Assembly (NCBI GenBank): GCA_951406725.2
Contig: OX597821.1
Span: 61,256,001-61,320,000 of the forward strand
Reading direction: 5' to 3'
Length of the DNA stretch: 64,000 nt
Origin: Octopus vulgaris
Lineage: Eukaryota
In this document: one piece after another, positions 39,931 to 54,600 of the stretch
Layout: each line of letters begins with the position of its first letter
Position numbering within the stretch: the first letter of the stretch is position 1
Notes under the pieces: model-generated
Database searches by the model: none
What the model was told of the DNA's origin: nothing
The model's input: the letters and a program-made list of their open reading frames with translations, nothing else
Program-made: the position numbers and the translations under genes

Positions 39931-40913
39931 ACAGAATAGAAACGTCTAGGTATATGATTTATATGACTGTGTAGAATAGTCTAGTAGGAAATCGCATATA
40001 TAAGATGGACAAGCAAGAGGTTATAGTAAATGGCAAGAATAAAAAACTACGAATAGTTTCAATAACGAAGAGTGACAAGCAAATTGCATGAAGATTTAGT
40101 ATTACTCCATCAAAATGCGATATTCGTACATTCTGTGCTTGTCTACAATGTTCATGTTACAGTACAGCAGTAAGGAGGAAAAGTTCCTTGTATCAGACAT
40201 ATTATACTGAATTTAAAAATGAAATGAGAAGCAGAAAATTAGAAATGTAAGCACATAAATTAGATAATTAAAGTTTGAAAAATATGCAAGAGAACAAAAA
40301 ATGTGTTGCTCTGAGTACATCTCAAACGCTTCTTCCAAATGTTGAATCTAAAGTTCAACCCTCAAGCATTGTACCGGTAATTACGTTTTAAAACGTTATT
40401 ACAATTCGTTAAGAAGTTTCGTAGTTGATTAAAAATTACTTTAGCGTCCCCTTAAAATCTTACAGAGAAATTTCTGTAAGCTAATTCGGTTGTGGTGAGT
40501 TTAGGAACTATGGTTTAAAATATATACAAAATGTCATAATCCATTTGTAATCTGAATTTTGCCAAAGCCACCGCAAACAAATATTTTTTTTGAAACAATT
40601 TAACAAATTCATACATAGATACAACTATAAGTTTGATATCAAACGAAATTATTAAGCTTTATTAAGGTTTATGAACAGAAAATCTATTGTTTTTCAGTGA
40701 CACAGTTCATCTATTATTAAAGTTATTTCATTTTGCGTTTCTCTAAGCAACACTAACAAAAATGTCATGGTTAGATTAATTCGACTAGATTTCTTTGCAA
40801 CAGAATATTAACATGGTTAGTTGAGTCCACGTCAATTTTTCTTCCATTTTAACATTTCAAAAAGATAAAATGATTCGTGCTGTAATATTGTTCATTATTT
40901 ATATTCAGTGAAA

Positions 40914-41670
40914 GGTGCTAAGCTGTCAGAAATGCTGAGTGGCATTTCGTCCTTGTTCTGAATTCAAATCCCGTCGTTGACATTGCTTTTCATCTTTTCG
41001 GAGTTGATGAAATAAGTACCAGTTGAGCAATGGGGTCGAAGTAATCTAACATCCGCCTTACCCAAAATTGCTAGTCTTGTACCATTACTCTTTTACTTGT
41101 TTCAGTCATTTGACAGTGGCCATTCTGGAGCGCCGCCTGTAGTCGAGCAAATAGACCCCAGGATGTATTCTTTGTACGCCTGGTACTTATTCTAACAGTC
41201 TCTTTTGCCGAACCGTTAAGTTACGGGGACGTAAATGCACCAGCATCGGTTTTCAAGTGATGTTGGGGGACAAACACAGGCACATAAACATATACATAAA
41301 CACATACATATATATACATATATACGACGGGCTTCTCTTAGTTTCCGTCTACTAAATTCACTCACAGTTTCCGTCTACAAAATCCACTTTGGTCGGCCCG
41401 AGGCTATAGTAGAAAACACTTGCCCAAGGTGCCACGCAGTAGGACTGAACCCGGAACCATATGGTTGGTAAGCAAGCTACTCACAACACAGCCACTCCTC
41501 CGGCTATAAGAGAAATGATTATTTATATTCAGTGAAACGCGTCAAGCTGCCATATCCGTTAGCATGCCGAACAAAATGCTTAGCGGCATTTCGTCTGACT
41601 TTACGTTCTGAGTTCAAAATTCCCGCCGAGATTGGCTTTGCGTTTCGTCCTTTCGGAGTCGATGCAATAG
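40914..41670. mobile_element. Nested SINE cluster: A(+) 40914-41084 interrupted by B(-) 41085-41504, then A(+) 41538-41670
   Basis: A 20-bp direct repeat attatttatattcagtgaaa at 40894-40913 and 41518-41537 acts as the TSD. Confidence 0.82.
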
Positions 41671-41942
41671 TAGAAAGGAACATTTATTTTCTGTGAGTAT
41701 ATACATACATCAGCCGAAAAGTGTTACTTTGATCTCAAAAGACCGAGACTGTCCTACCTTTCAAAATATTGTTTCACATGACACGAAGGCCTTCGATATA
41801 CCAATTAAAGTTACATCCTATATTTGTTCTCTGTCCTCAAAAAAGAGCCACTCTATTCTCTACTGCACAGATGCAGTCATCTCTTAATCACACACTATAA
41901 CTTATCTGCATAACACGGTTCTCAAATTTCACCCAAACGCAT

Positions 41943-42004
<62 letters not shown>

Positions 42005-42148
42005 GTTAATCCAAACATGAAAACACAACAACGTGAGGACGTGGAACAAATATAGTATTATTGGAGCTCTTCGTCGGAAACATAGGAGAAGGAAAGATCT
42101 AGAGAAGGGAAGACAGAGGAAAAAAAATCGCCAACGGTACACAGGCGG

Positions 42149-42151
<3 letters not shown>
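42005..42151 (-). mobile_element. Second copy of the 22184-22377 repeat with the 3' half of the HHR deleted
   Basis: The minus strand reads tttccgacgaagagc|tccaataatact. Confidence 0.8.
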
Positions 42152-42225
<74 letters not shown>

Positions 42226-43066
42226 AACTTATGTATGCATGTATGTATTGATAATATCTTAACCATCCCTCTCATCAACGTAAGCAGTTAAAGTTCACGT
42301 TTCGAAGAACAGGCGAAAAATCATGTAAACCCAGGCTCTAGCATTTTATCATGTCTCGTTACAATCATTCTTGATATTCAAGAAATATTTTCATATGTGA
42401 GGCTACTCAGGATATATCAAATAATTCTTCATGTTCAAATTGTCACTGCATACCCCTGTTAAATTGCTAATTTCCTTTTTCTCCTACAAATGATAGAAAC
42501 TGGCACATATCGTTGATTAGGTGACTGTAATACTATCTTGCAATAGATCTAATTAATCGTTTGCACAATTGAACACTAATTTACTGTCAGATTATATATA
42601 AATAACCTTATAATCAATGAAGAATCATATGTTGGATGCCTTTTTCTGATAGAGAGGATCAGCACTTGATGGATATCTTAACGCTAAGATATGGCTTGGA
42701 TTGGCAGAGTTTAACATGTTGAAACCACAATTATCCATAAATTTCTCATGAGAAAATTACGTCCTATTGTGCCTTGCTAAGTTTGACATATGTCAAACTC
42801 GATGCTTGATTCCAGAGTGAAATAGTGAATAGAACCTGATAATCTTGTTACCTGTCATCACTACAACTGTAATGTTACCGAATTCCTTTTATAATTGAAT
42901 GTCGTAATTTGCGTTCATTCTTTTCATGAAATACCACATATTACGTGTGTATTTGGTCTATATTGTAGAATACACACAAACCTACGCACATGTTCACACT
43001 CAGAACTAAACACATACACATACAATGCCCCCATACATATATAATACATAATATAAAAAAGATATG

Positions 43067-43140
<74 letters not shown>

Positions 43141-43484
43141 TTCACAGACACATATGTATATGTTTATACATACATACACGCATATGTGTGTGTATAGTAT
43201 GTATATATATACATGCTTTTATATTATTGCGGAAGCTTTATCCCGTTTCACTTGGAACTTTCGATTTGTAATTTCGTATGAATACTTTTCTTCGTGTTTC
43301 TAATATTACTTTATTTTTTTTTTATTTCAAGTTTTCCCTATTTGCTAATGTATTTCGGCTTAATATTTGTTTTACATCTTATTTTGCTTTCAGTAGTTCG
43401 TGTATCTACCTTATGAAGTTCGTGTCTTTCAGATATACTGTACACACCCACATGAACACACATGTATGTATACGTGATATTTAT

Positions 43485-43674
<190 letters not shown>

Positions 43675-44049
43675 CTATATGTATAATAAAAACATAATGA
43701 ATGCTAGTATAATGTTAGTGGCTTGCTTTTATTTTCAACCACTGTCCCTGCGTAGTTTCTGTTATGTTTTGGATTCTTGCAGTCGGTGGTGTTTGTTTCC
43801 GTTGGCAGATAAACTTCCTAGAGGACATAGATTCTGACAAATTTCATACACAGATTTCCTAGCATGATGGCATTAAAATGTTTTGTTGCTGAGCGTGACA
43901 TATCAAAGAAAAGCTCATTGCGTTGCCCTTAAGGTGCCTCACCGATTCGTGTTGCTGTTGGCTGTCATGGCTACAAACTCCACCTGCAAACATCAACCGT
44001 CAAACGTGTTTTTATGAATTAGAACTTAATAAATTATTTACAAATATCT

Positions 44050-44470
44050 AATAAATAAACAAATACGTTCCCAAGATGGGTACCTTTATAGATTCACTCA
44101 CTTTCAAGATTTAGAAGGTAAATCACCTCGAAACCGCATCCTAACATCTTGCAAATAATCCAGATATTGCTGTACTGTATCCAACAGAAACTCGATACAC
44201 TCACAGACAATCTGTCTCTCCACTCTTCCTTGTCTTCTGCACCTAAAGGTATCTTCTCCTATATTCTGACTAGACTTGTGTCATCTCCACTCGGATTTCT
44301 CAACTCACTCGCCTATGCTCATGTCTGCTGCCCACATTGTGTTCATCTTCAGCCTCAGTCCAATGGAACATCACGCAAGCCATTATAATACAGGCTGTCC
44401 TTACCTGTAGTTCCACACTTCCATACTCTGCCTTTGCTGACGTTTTACCCTGTTGTGATCACCATACAAC
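44050..44470 (+). pseudogene. Possible ancient LINE ORF2 C-terminal remnant
   Basis: Faint similarity only: caaatacgttcccaagatgggtac resembles 'QIRPxMEY', and 'ILLYCIQQK' follows. Confidence 0.3.
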
Positions 44471-46404
44471 GATTCATGTGAAATATTATCTGAGTCGTCT
44501 CAGTTGTGATAGTAATGCGGACTATTAAAGTCTAGTGGACTCTTTCTCTTGAACAAGCCAATAGAATCATTGATATTTAGATACAACAGGAAACACGTAG
44601 GTGTGAATGAGATGAGTAATAAACATAACGATGGATTTCTTTCCCGTTATCTTATACTCATAAACTTGTAAGGGTTAAAGAGACAAATTGGATGAATGTA
44701 AGTTTAATAAAATGGTGGCATTCTATCGATCGAGAACTATCATATGTATATTGGGTTCAAATGAAATGTTCAATTCAGTGTGCAGAGATACAGAATTATA
44801 TACTTTTGGGGATATACTGCAAAGCTTTCATATCAACAAACGATACTAACCACAAACCTACCTCTGATGTGCTGTACAAAAATGTGTCAGGGCACATTTC
44901 TCCATTGAAAGGCATCATGTGATGAAGATTTTTGAATGAATCATTAAAAGATAATAGCTTCTAACTTCTATCAAAGAAAAACTGCACTTCATTGAAATCA
45001 TTCTAATCTTCTCCGTCGGTTTCATAGCCTCAAGTACCTTATTGATATTAATCTGGTAAATATTGCTTTAAGCTAGTTGATGGATTCCAAAGAAAAGTGA
45101 CTAGATAGATTATTCAACTGGGCGACAATAGCCTCCAGTATATCATCGGCTCAAACAGATTCAAGTTGACGCATATGTCGTAATCTAAAACTAATCCATT
45201 GCAAATGGAGACGTGTTGCTTTGTCATAGCATTTCTTGTCATTAGTAACCCAGTTCCATCTGTTAGTATTCTAATCCGGCGATATTTAGCAGAGGAATAA
45301 AGGTAGCATTATGTGATACAACACGGTGAACAAAACAAATAATACATTAGAAAATGCTATGGCAGAGGCTTAAACTTCATTACATTGTCACTACGGCAGA
45401 ATCGTTGGAATATCACAGTAAATCGATTGTGCTTTACATCATTTTGAGGTCAATAAAATAATTGCCAGTCAAGTCCTGGGTTTCATGTATTAACTTTTTA
45501 CCTTTCATAAAATTCGCTGGCCCTCTGCCAAGATTTGAACCACTACTACTTTTTATTATCGTTATCATTATCGTTTATGTTACGCGCACGCCATAGCAAC
45601 TCCCGAAGTTTCGTTATACCTTATTTAAAAGAATGAGTTTACTATTGTAAACTTTTGTCAAAACATTAAATATCTCACCGGTTTAAGAGGCAGACTTGAA
45701 CCCATGGGCACCATTTTCGTAATATTTATTTGCTTTCTTTTCTCGCTTGGATTTATGGTGACGTTAACGTTCGCTATCAGATTCAAGGAAGACATAGCCG
45801 GGAAATACCTTCTTGAGATGCATGAAATAATATTACAATCAGGCGGTATTTATTCTCACAGTTTACGTTCAGAGTTCAAATCACACCATTACTTTCTATA
45901 TATTCGATAGCATAAAATCTCATTAACTTCAGGAGTCCATGTTATTATCAAAAGTAGCCCCTTCAAAATAATGGGATTTCTGCCATAAATTATGAATATG
46001 ATTTATTACACGTGATCTTTGAACAATAAAAGAAAATGTTTATTTAGCATCTTTACTGGAATATGAACAATTAGTGTTTTCTAAGCACAATTCTTTCACA
46101 GGTCATAATTCAACTGTGTGAGTTGAAGTCGCGCTCTAAAGTAAAATGATTCGTTTAAGAGACGCTTATATAAAACATACCGTGTTATATATCATTGTAA
46201 TGGTGTTAGTGTATTTATGCTTTATGTTCTTCTGTCATATGTTTTGTCCTCCATCTTTGATAGTGAATACTGCTATAACTCGTGTTTTCTCTACAGGCCA
46301 CACTTGTCAAGCTTTTACTTTCACGTATTGACATTCAACAATACGAAGGAAGTTTCTAAATTTTCTTTCATTACATATTTTCGGGTTCCCATCCATTAAA
46401 TATT

Positions 46405-46435
<31 letters not shown>

Positions 46436-47269
46436 AAACATATGTGTGCAGATATGTATGTATGTATTTATGCATGTGTGAGTGTACAACTTATCTTCTG
46501 GTTTTTATGCATTAATCATTCTGACCTGTGTATATGGACGTATATTCATGTGCAACAGAAAATATATGTTAAACAGAAACAACACGGGGACCATAGAGCA
46601 AAAACAAGGTGCTGACGTGTTACTCGCATACTATATATATATATGTACGAGTGTATATATATATATATATATATATGTACGAGTGTATATATATATATAT
46701 GTATGTATATATATATGTATGTACATATGTATGTATATATATATATATGTATATATATTGCTATAATTGACAGATACAAGCTGTATAGAGCCAATTGAAG
46801 ATTTAAAGCAAAAATTAAGTTGAAATGTACAGAAAATTGTAATAAACAACAATGAAAGACCATGAAAATTATGCTTGTGAATAATATGGAAGATAAGGGA
46901 ATAAATTCTTCAACAAAAAATGATAAAGCTTCGACCAACAAATAAGAGAATCATAGCAGAATCCCATTCACATCACCTTATGTTCGCCTTCAAAATGGAA
47001 AGAGAACAACAGAAAATAAACGATTGCATATACAGCGAATACGCACTGAAGGCACTATAAACGTTTTGCAATAACAGCTAATGTACACAGGAAAAAGAAC
47101 ACATGACAGCAAAACAAAAAATAAAACACTTGAGAGACAACATATTTGTGTGGGGTTAGACCTCACGTATTCCTGGCGTTAATAACCGACCAAATATTCA
47201 GTCTATCAAAATTATACCTACACGAATACTAAAAGATTTTCATCACGATAAAAGGACATATTGATTTTG

Positions 47270-47492
47270 AATCTGGGCAGAATGCACGCAGTTTCAATGG
47301 AGATGCTAAGACGATTACATCAACACCAGTGCTCAAGTGGTAACTGTTTTATCGATCCCGAAAGGAAAAAAAGCAAAGTGAGTCTCAGCGGAATGTGAGC
47401 TTGGCGGAATTTGAACTCACGACGTAAAGACGTACGAAATGCCGCTAAGCATTTTACCCGGGGCACTTAGCGATTCTGCCAACTCGCTGCTT
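47270..47492 (-). mobile_element. SINE family A
   Basis: ggcggaatttgaactcac...gaaatgccgctaagcatttt...cgattctgccaactcgctgc. Confidence 0.78.
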
Positions 47493-49629
47493 TTACACTA
47501 AAACAATATATTACTGTGAGTTCACAATGATTAAAATCTACCAATCAAGGATGGAAATATACCATTCAAATCAAAAGTTCTCCTGAGGTAAGAATAAATG
47601 AAAACTTTCAGTGTTAAAAAGAAAAAATGCAGAAATACTAAATACAATAGATTTCACAGTACAAACAAAGTAAGTAGAACTAAATACATAAGTGTATAAA
47701 TATATTTTGATTGAGTTCAAGTACTGCTTAGGTCAACTTTGCTTTTCATTCGTTCAAGATCGATTACATAGAAAGCCAGTTAAATACAAGGTTCGATTTC
47801 ATTGACGCCAGTAATCAATGTAATTGGCCCTATCCCCTAAGACTGCTGGATTTAAACTAATTGTTTTCAATCGCAAAGTGGCTTAAGGACTGAGAGTTTT
47901 GTGCGCTGCTCTTACGTGCATTGCACAAACCTGTCGGCCCTTGAGTCACTTTGTAATTTTCTGCTGATTAAAAACTTATAAACAATAGCGAAATGCAATA
48001 TGAAATTCCAAGGAACATTTTCTCAAAATATCGACCAGTTAAATAATTTAAACTACTTCGAAGAAATTGTCGTATCGAGAGGAATATTATTTGATCTTGA
48101 CAAAGCCCGTCTTAATGAAAAACAAAAACTCAGTAGAAAGAAAATATTATAAAAATTGACAAAAAAATACGAATTTTTATTTAACAAAAGAGAGAGAAAT
48201 GTGTGTTGTGAAAAAGAGGAGAACGAAATACAGAAAAATATATTGAGATCAAATAAAAAAAATACAACCAATTTCATGATTAAGAAGCTTTAAAATAGCA
48301 GAAGGCTTTTTTCATGACATTAAGATATTCTGAAATAAAATACCATATAATGTTAAAAAGATTTCGCAAAAAGCATATCTCAAGATGTCACATCAATATC
48401 AAAAGAAGTCCAGTCACATGAGAAGAAGAAAAAAACATTAGCAGAATCAAAGTGCACAATGCATTAAAACGGAAAGTTACGAAAAATATGCTTTAACGCT
48501 GCAATCACGTTCCAGCATAAATTGAATAGGAATGAAGTAAAACCGTAGAAACTGCATGCAAGTGAAAAGCATCTAGAATAGGCAAAGATTCTAATTTCCG
48601 TCAACAATAACTACATACCCGACACCGTCATAATCCCATGCAGATCACTTATCTGGTGTTCGTGTGTCTGTGACTAGAAGACTGTAACAAGCAATAAACA
48701 AACTCGAGTGGAAACAAGATTGATTTCCGACAACAAATGTATCTTAAAGTGCTGGACACAGTCAACCTTCAAAGCCATCGTATCCCATCATGCACTTCTT
48801 AATGATATCCAATATGACTTTTTGATATCAAATACACTAAATGCCTGGTCTTACATCTGAGAAATTCAGTGCAATATTATTGATACACTTGTGATTTGCA
48901 GAATATCGTTCGTATCAGGTTGCAAGACTCCTTCTGATTGACTTAATTTAATTCATATTTCTTGAGCCTCTTGTCCATGGCGTATTGTGTTGTTAAACCC
49001 CTCACTTTTCCCTTACTATATCAACTATCAATTTTGGTACAACTAGAGATTCTAATTTGTCCTCTGAGCATATATTCCATCACATCAAACAGTGCCCACT
49101 TTAGGCCGAACAAATTGTTCATCATTCATTCGTAGCCTCTATGCTCAAGCATCAGAAAAAGTAAGCCAAAATACCTTGAGCGAAATCTACACTTATTCTA
49201 TTGAAATTGACCATAGGAATATTTACTAACGAAGTTATAATAATTTTGTCTTTGACTGCAGCATTAAAAATCCCGAAATAGTGATATCGCACCCTGACCC
49301 TAAACTGAGCATCACTCTGTCATAACGCTCCAGGCAGTTATAAAATGCTACATTTCACGATCACTGAGAAACTTTCTTGGCGATCATTCATCATCAACAT
49401 AGAAAAGGCTGTATTACAGGAATTGGCCTTATTTCAGGAACTGTAAATACTGCATCACCCAATAACTAATAGCAGTTTACAAAATCTAGGTATGACCCAC
49501 AAAGGAGATGTACTTGCTCTACACCTGGAATGGTGTTGCTGCTACTCATACGAGCATCTTTGTCATCGCAAAATATAGTCATCTGACTTACCAGCATGAC
49601 ATTCACTGCGAAGGCGGAGGCAATAATAA

Positions 49630-50335
49630 CCCTTTCTACTATAGGCACAATGCCTGAAATATTCAGGTGAAGTAGCCAGTCGACAACATTTCTTCCCGCC
49701 TCTAGTTCGTAACTGATATTTATTTCATCGATTCGGCTAACGTCAGAGGCAGGAGGAAATGCTGCTAAGAGTTCTGTCTGGCGTACTGACGATCCAACCA
49801 CAATAATAATGCTTTCTAATGTTGGTTTCAAATTTTGGTACAAAGACAGCAAGTTTTGGGTGGTTGGTGATGGGACTCAACCGGTTTACTGCAACGACTC
49901 CAAAATGATGAAAGGCAAAGTCGACCTCGGCGGAATTTGAACTCAGAACGTAAAGATGAACGAAATGCCGCTAAGCTTTTTGCTCGGCGTGCTAAATGTA
50001 TTCCAATATTGACACGAGCCTAATGTTTTTGAGGAGTGACGGGTTAGTCTATCCCAGTACAGCACTGGCGCATATTTTATCGAAGGGATCAAAAGGCAAT
50101 ATGGCTCGTCAGTCGCTCTAACGGTTTTTGGTTTGGTTCGAGGTTAGCTATTCTGAGAAAAAGATTTGCCGATTTTAATCAACCCAACATTTTGAATGGC
50201 TTTCTATCTTTTCTACCTCAAGAGGACTAAAGTCATAATTGAACTCGGCAGAGTTTCCACGGAGAACAATAGGACACAGAAAAATGCCACAAAGCATTTT
50301 TCGACGCGTTCACGATCCTTCCAGCTCAGTGGAGC
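49630..50335 (-). mobile_element. Cluster of degenerate SINE family A fragments (best copy 49815-49995)
   Basis: gatgaaaggcaaagtcgacctcggcggaatttgaactcagaacgtaaag at 49907-49955. Confidence 0.7.
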
Positions 50336-50479
50336 GAAATAAAAAGGGGAAACTATATTGATGATTTAAAAAATGCCTCAAAATATTGAAGTAACTCAAT
50401 ATTATAAAAAGGGGAATATGCTGGAAATGAAAGAACGGTTAAATAAATGAACATATCCTAATATTATAATGAGCGTGGT

Positions 50480-50517
<38 letters not shown>

Positions 50518-51464
50518 CAAAATTGGGCAAGAAGGCAAAGCATCCGGATAGTTAGGCTATACAAAAATGGGACAACAAAAGATCCAGATAGACGATGCAA
50601 AGAAAACAAGGACGAGTCATTCGATGTTTTCTTTCCTCAGTCGAGTACCACATTATCTTCGCAATTTCTGCTGATTATACTCGAGATTGCCCCAATCTGG
50701 CAAGCCCCAAGGAAAAAATTAAGCTAATAGCATTAGACTCCTTGGAAGAAAGCAGCGAATATATACAAAAACAAGGACGGATAAAAACGGACAATGTTAC
50801 ACAAAAACAATAAAAATAATAACAGGACATAACAACACGTGTCTTTCGACTAAAGACGAACCACGCCGGACACGGAAGAGAAAATAAAATAGTAATTCAG
50901 TGAAGGAGAAGTAGTGAGAGTAATAGCCCTGACTGAGAGGGAGTGAGAGAAAGTAACAGCAATGAGAGAAAGGAAAAGGTGAAAAATAATCAGCGTTTCA
51001 ACTCTGTGTGCGTGTACAAGGGACGTATGTGAATGTTTGTATGCGTGATTATTACATAACTTATTTTGTAACTTATTTATATATTAAACACTACAATTTC
51101 CCTTCATTATTGATGTCACGTGATCAGATAGTTATATATGAGAACAGAAAAGAAAGATAACCGCATTATTAGAATACAGAGCCGATTGCTGGTTGAGAAG
51201 AAAATATGTATTTACAAAATATATAAACACAAGGATTACAGCAGTTATAAAGCGTTTCAACTAAAATATATACAAAAATCTACACGTACACTCTGTAGCA
51301 GAATAATTGCTCACCCGGAAGATAACTCTTTACTAGACGAGCAAAGATGATGTCAAGAAGAGGTATCTGATTATATATGTAATACTTAACGGTTAAAAAT
51401 ACACACACAGACACACACACACAACACATATATGTATGTGCGTGTGTACGTATATGTATGTATG

Positions 51465-51504
<40 letters not shown>

Positions 51505-51560
51505 CGTATATTATAGTATACATGTATGTTTGTATATAACTATGTATATGTATATGTGTG

Positions 51561-51615
<55 letters not shown>

Positions 51616-54600
51616 ATGTATATATATATATATATATATGTTTGTGTGCGCTGCGAGTGTATGTGTGCATGTGTAATATATATTTAGACTGTGTGTATAT
51701 ATAAACACATTCCTTGTCAGAAATGTCAAAATTTGATTATTTCCGTACAGTTATTTAATTTAATTACTCGAGAAAGCCACAAATATGACACAAGTTAGTT
51801 TGTTAATCCAAATGTTTTATATATTTAGAAGGATATAATATCTCGAGAAACAGCTATAATTCTAATGCGAGCAATTGTTTAAGGCAGCTAAAAATAGAAA
51901 ACCCACAATCTGAACATGTCATGGATTGATTATAAAAACGCATTTCACAGCATAATACATTGCTGGGTATTGGAGAAACCGTACATATAACAATGCAACT
52001 CCAGCATTGATGCAGTATATTAATGACGCCATGCCGTAATAGAAAGCGCCGATAACACGGCAAGATAAAGAGAATATAATAATAACCCAACCTATCCCAT
52101 AAAAGAACTATACGGCAGACTGCTTATCTTTACTATGTTGCTGTATAGTTCTGACTTCGTTAACGAAGCTGTTAAATCAAAATACTGAGTCTATGCACAA
52201 ATTCTACACTAGTTACTATTGTGGATAGTATAAATGTTAAAGAGACAAATCCCAGCAGGAGAAACTATTTATTTTTACATGTATTCAGTAGTGCTAGCAA
52301 AACGATACAGAAGAAAGCAAGTATAAAAGAACTGACTTAATTAGATGTTGACTTAATGAATTAGAACCGATCCGTTCACCTACACAATTATTTATGATTG
52401 ATTGAATCTGTTAAGTTACAATGTAAACCTGCACAGAAATAAAGGAGAAAATGCATCTCACAACCAGAAATAAAATTACAGACACTTAAAATTACATAAA
52501 CCTTTCCGTGTGGAAACTATATCTATAAAATTAATTAGCGACTATATGAAACGAAGAGTCAAGATTGGGAAGTCAAGGTAGATCTCCTTGAGTATCTCAT
52601 TCCTTAGGCTGGTGCGGGAGAATTATCAATGAGGAAAAAGGACATCAAATACATTTTTAAGAATTATGATTACATTATTATATAATTACAGTGTGTCTAC
52701 AGATATTCTTAGACACAAGCAAACGTAAAAGCGATCTGTATGAAAGCAAATGAAAAATGATAACCTATGTTCTGTAGACGCTAAAGCCGAAATGATTACA
52801 GAAGAACGAAGAAAATGTGAGGAGAAAAATGAAACAATAAAATCAACATTTCAAAGAACACTAGGAGATGGAAAGAGAAGTCTCGTTATGTGCGGTAACC
52901 TACAAGCTTTGTCCATAAAGAACTGGTACAAAGTGATAACTGACAAAATCAGAAAGCTATTTTATTTATAGTACAAAAATACCCCTATTATAAACACTTT
53001 CCATATCGTGTAAGATAATATGAATGAAAAGTACAAGTCGCTATATTGCATTTTCCAGCAATATCCTTGCAATGTACTGTGCAAAAGAGAAAGAAAACAT
53101 GTGGCATTCAATATGATATGACTATTCTATGTACCGAATATCCTTTAATATGCAAGCGTGTTTTATTGGAGAATTGGTCGAGAGCCGATCGAACATTTGA
53201 ATTCGCCGGCAAGCTGGCAGGATCGGGAGTACCTCAAGGAAAAAAGCTACCCGTATCTCTTCTGGTACTTTAAAATATTATTTAAAATCCTGCATGTCTT
53301 ATCTTATATGCTTAGAAAAGCGTTTTAGCTGCAACACAAGGTTAAGTGAAATATTTCATATATCTCTCTCTGTAAATTGCTTTTAACTTTCTTTCAGAGC
53401 CACTACTTTCAAACAATATATTTTGTCTTAACATATTCGACGTTATGATGACAGAACTTTATGCGTTCTTCATATTTATGCTTTACTGTACGCTAGAATG
53501 CTTCTATATTCATATTCTTTTAACTTGGTATTTGTTGGATAAATTCATGAACTTCTACATGTTATAATTTCCATTATATGTTGTTGTTGTTATTAGTATA
53601 GCTTGCGAGTTCAATTGATAAAATTTGGTTTAAAACTCCACACACAGTGGTGGCTTATTCAATTCGTATTCCTGCTTATGTGACGAGCGACCTTTAAGCA
53701 ACATCAAAGCTTCTATTGCTGGCTTGTGCTTTGTGTTCTTTGACAAAACACTTCATCTCACATTGCTCCGCGATCACTTCCGCATCTGACATACTGTACA
53801 TCGTACATCTGGTCAGGCAACGTTGATTTGATGGAGAGAGTGCACTAATATACAGCACAAACATTTGATCACTATTTGTAACTCATTTGTACAAGCTGTT
53901 CAGCAAGTAATTGTAGAACAGTCTTACGCGGACTACGAGAGACTAGCATCATTTCTGCTTATTTTTAACAACTACTTCAATCGAAATATGAAGAAAAAAA
54001 TTAATATGTCCTCAAATTTGCTGGATTAACTGTATTTCTAATTCTGCAATCTCTGATATTTAGTGAGTAGAATGAGACTTCATTGTGATCGCCCTGGGTA
54101 GTTTCGATTGAAAACCTGTTTAGGTATTGCATGAGGCAAATGTCCATTCAATAAAATGGAATAAGTGCCGAGGAGTTAAATGAATTATTAAAGAAACCAT
54201 AGATATATCAGAATATTCACATATTTTATGCATTTAGTGTATACATTATATTAAAAAAATGCTTTGCGTGGTTATAACTTTTACTTATGAGTGACAGTTA
54301 TCGAGTTGTAATTTAATTATTAGTACTTTGGTGTCAAAGTTAAGTGCATATATGAGAAAAGTATGTCAGAAAAAACCGTACATTTGAAGAAGTGCTGCGA
54401 CTGTGTAAAGCATTGATTAGCTTTTTAGCTTTTCTATATGTCCTTCAGAGATTAGTATTGACAGACGGACTGGTCCGAATTCTATTCTCGGTGTATTCTG
54501 TAGGTTTATGAAGCTTAATGTATCGAAAGGGCAACGTATGTCGAAATTCAAGCTAATGCTTCTTATTGATAAGTTCTAGAAGCGAGAGGGTGAGAGTGAG

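Noticed and set aside
50621-50644. Minus strand tcga CTGAGGA aa GAAA aca tcga within a (TA)n-flanked repeat (50512-50870)
   Set aside because: It has hammerhead-like boxes and stem I but no stem II or U16.1, so I did not count it without a family consensus.
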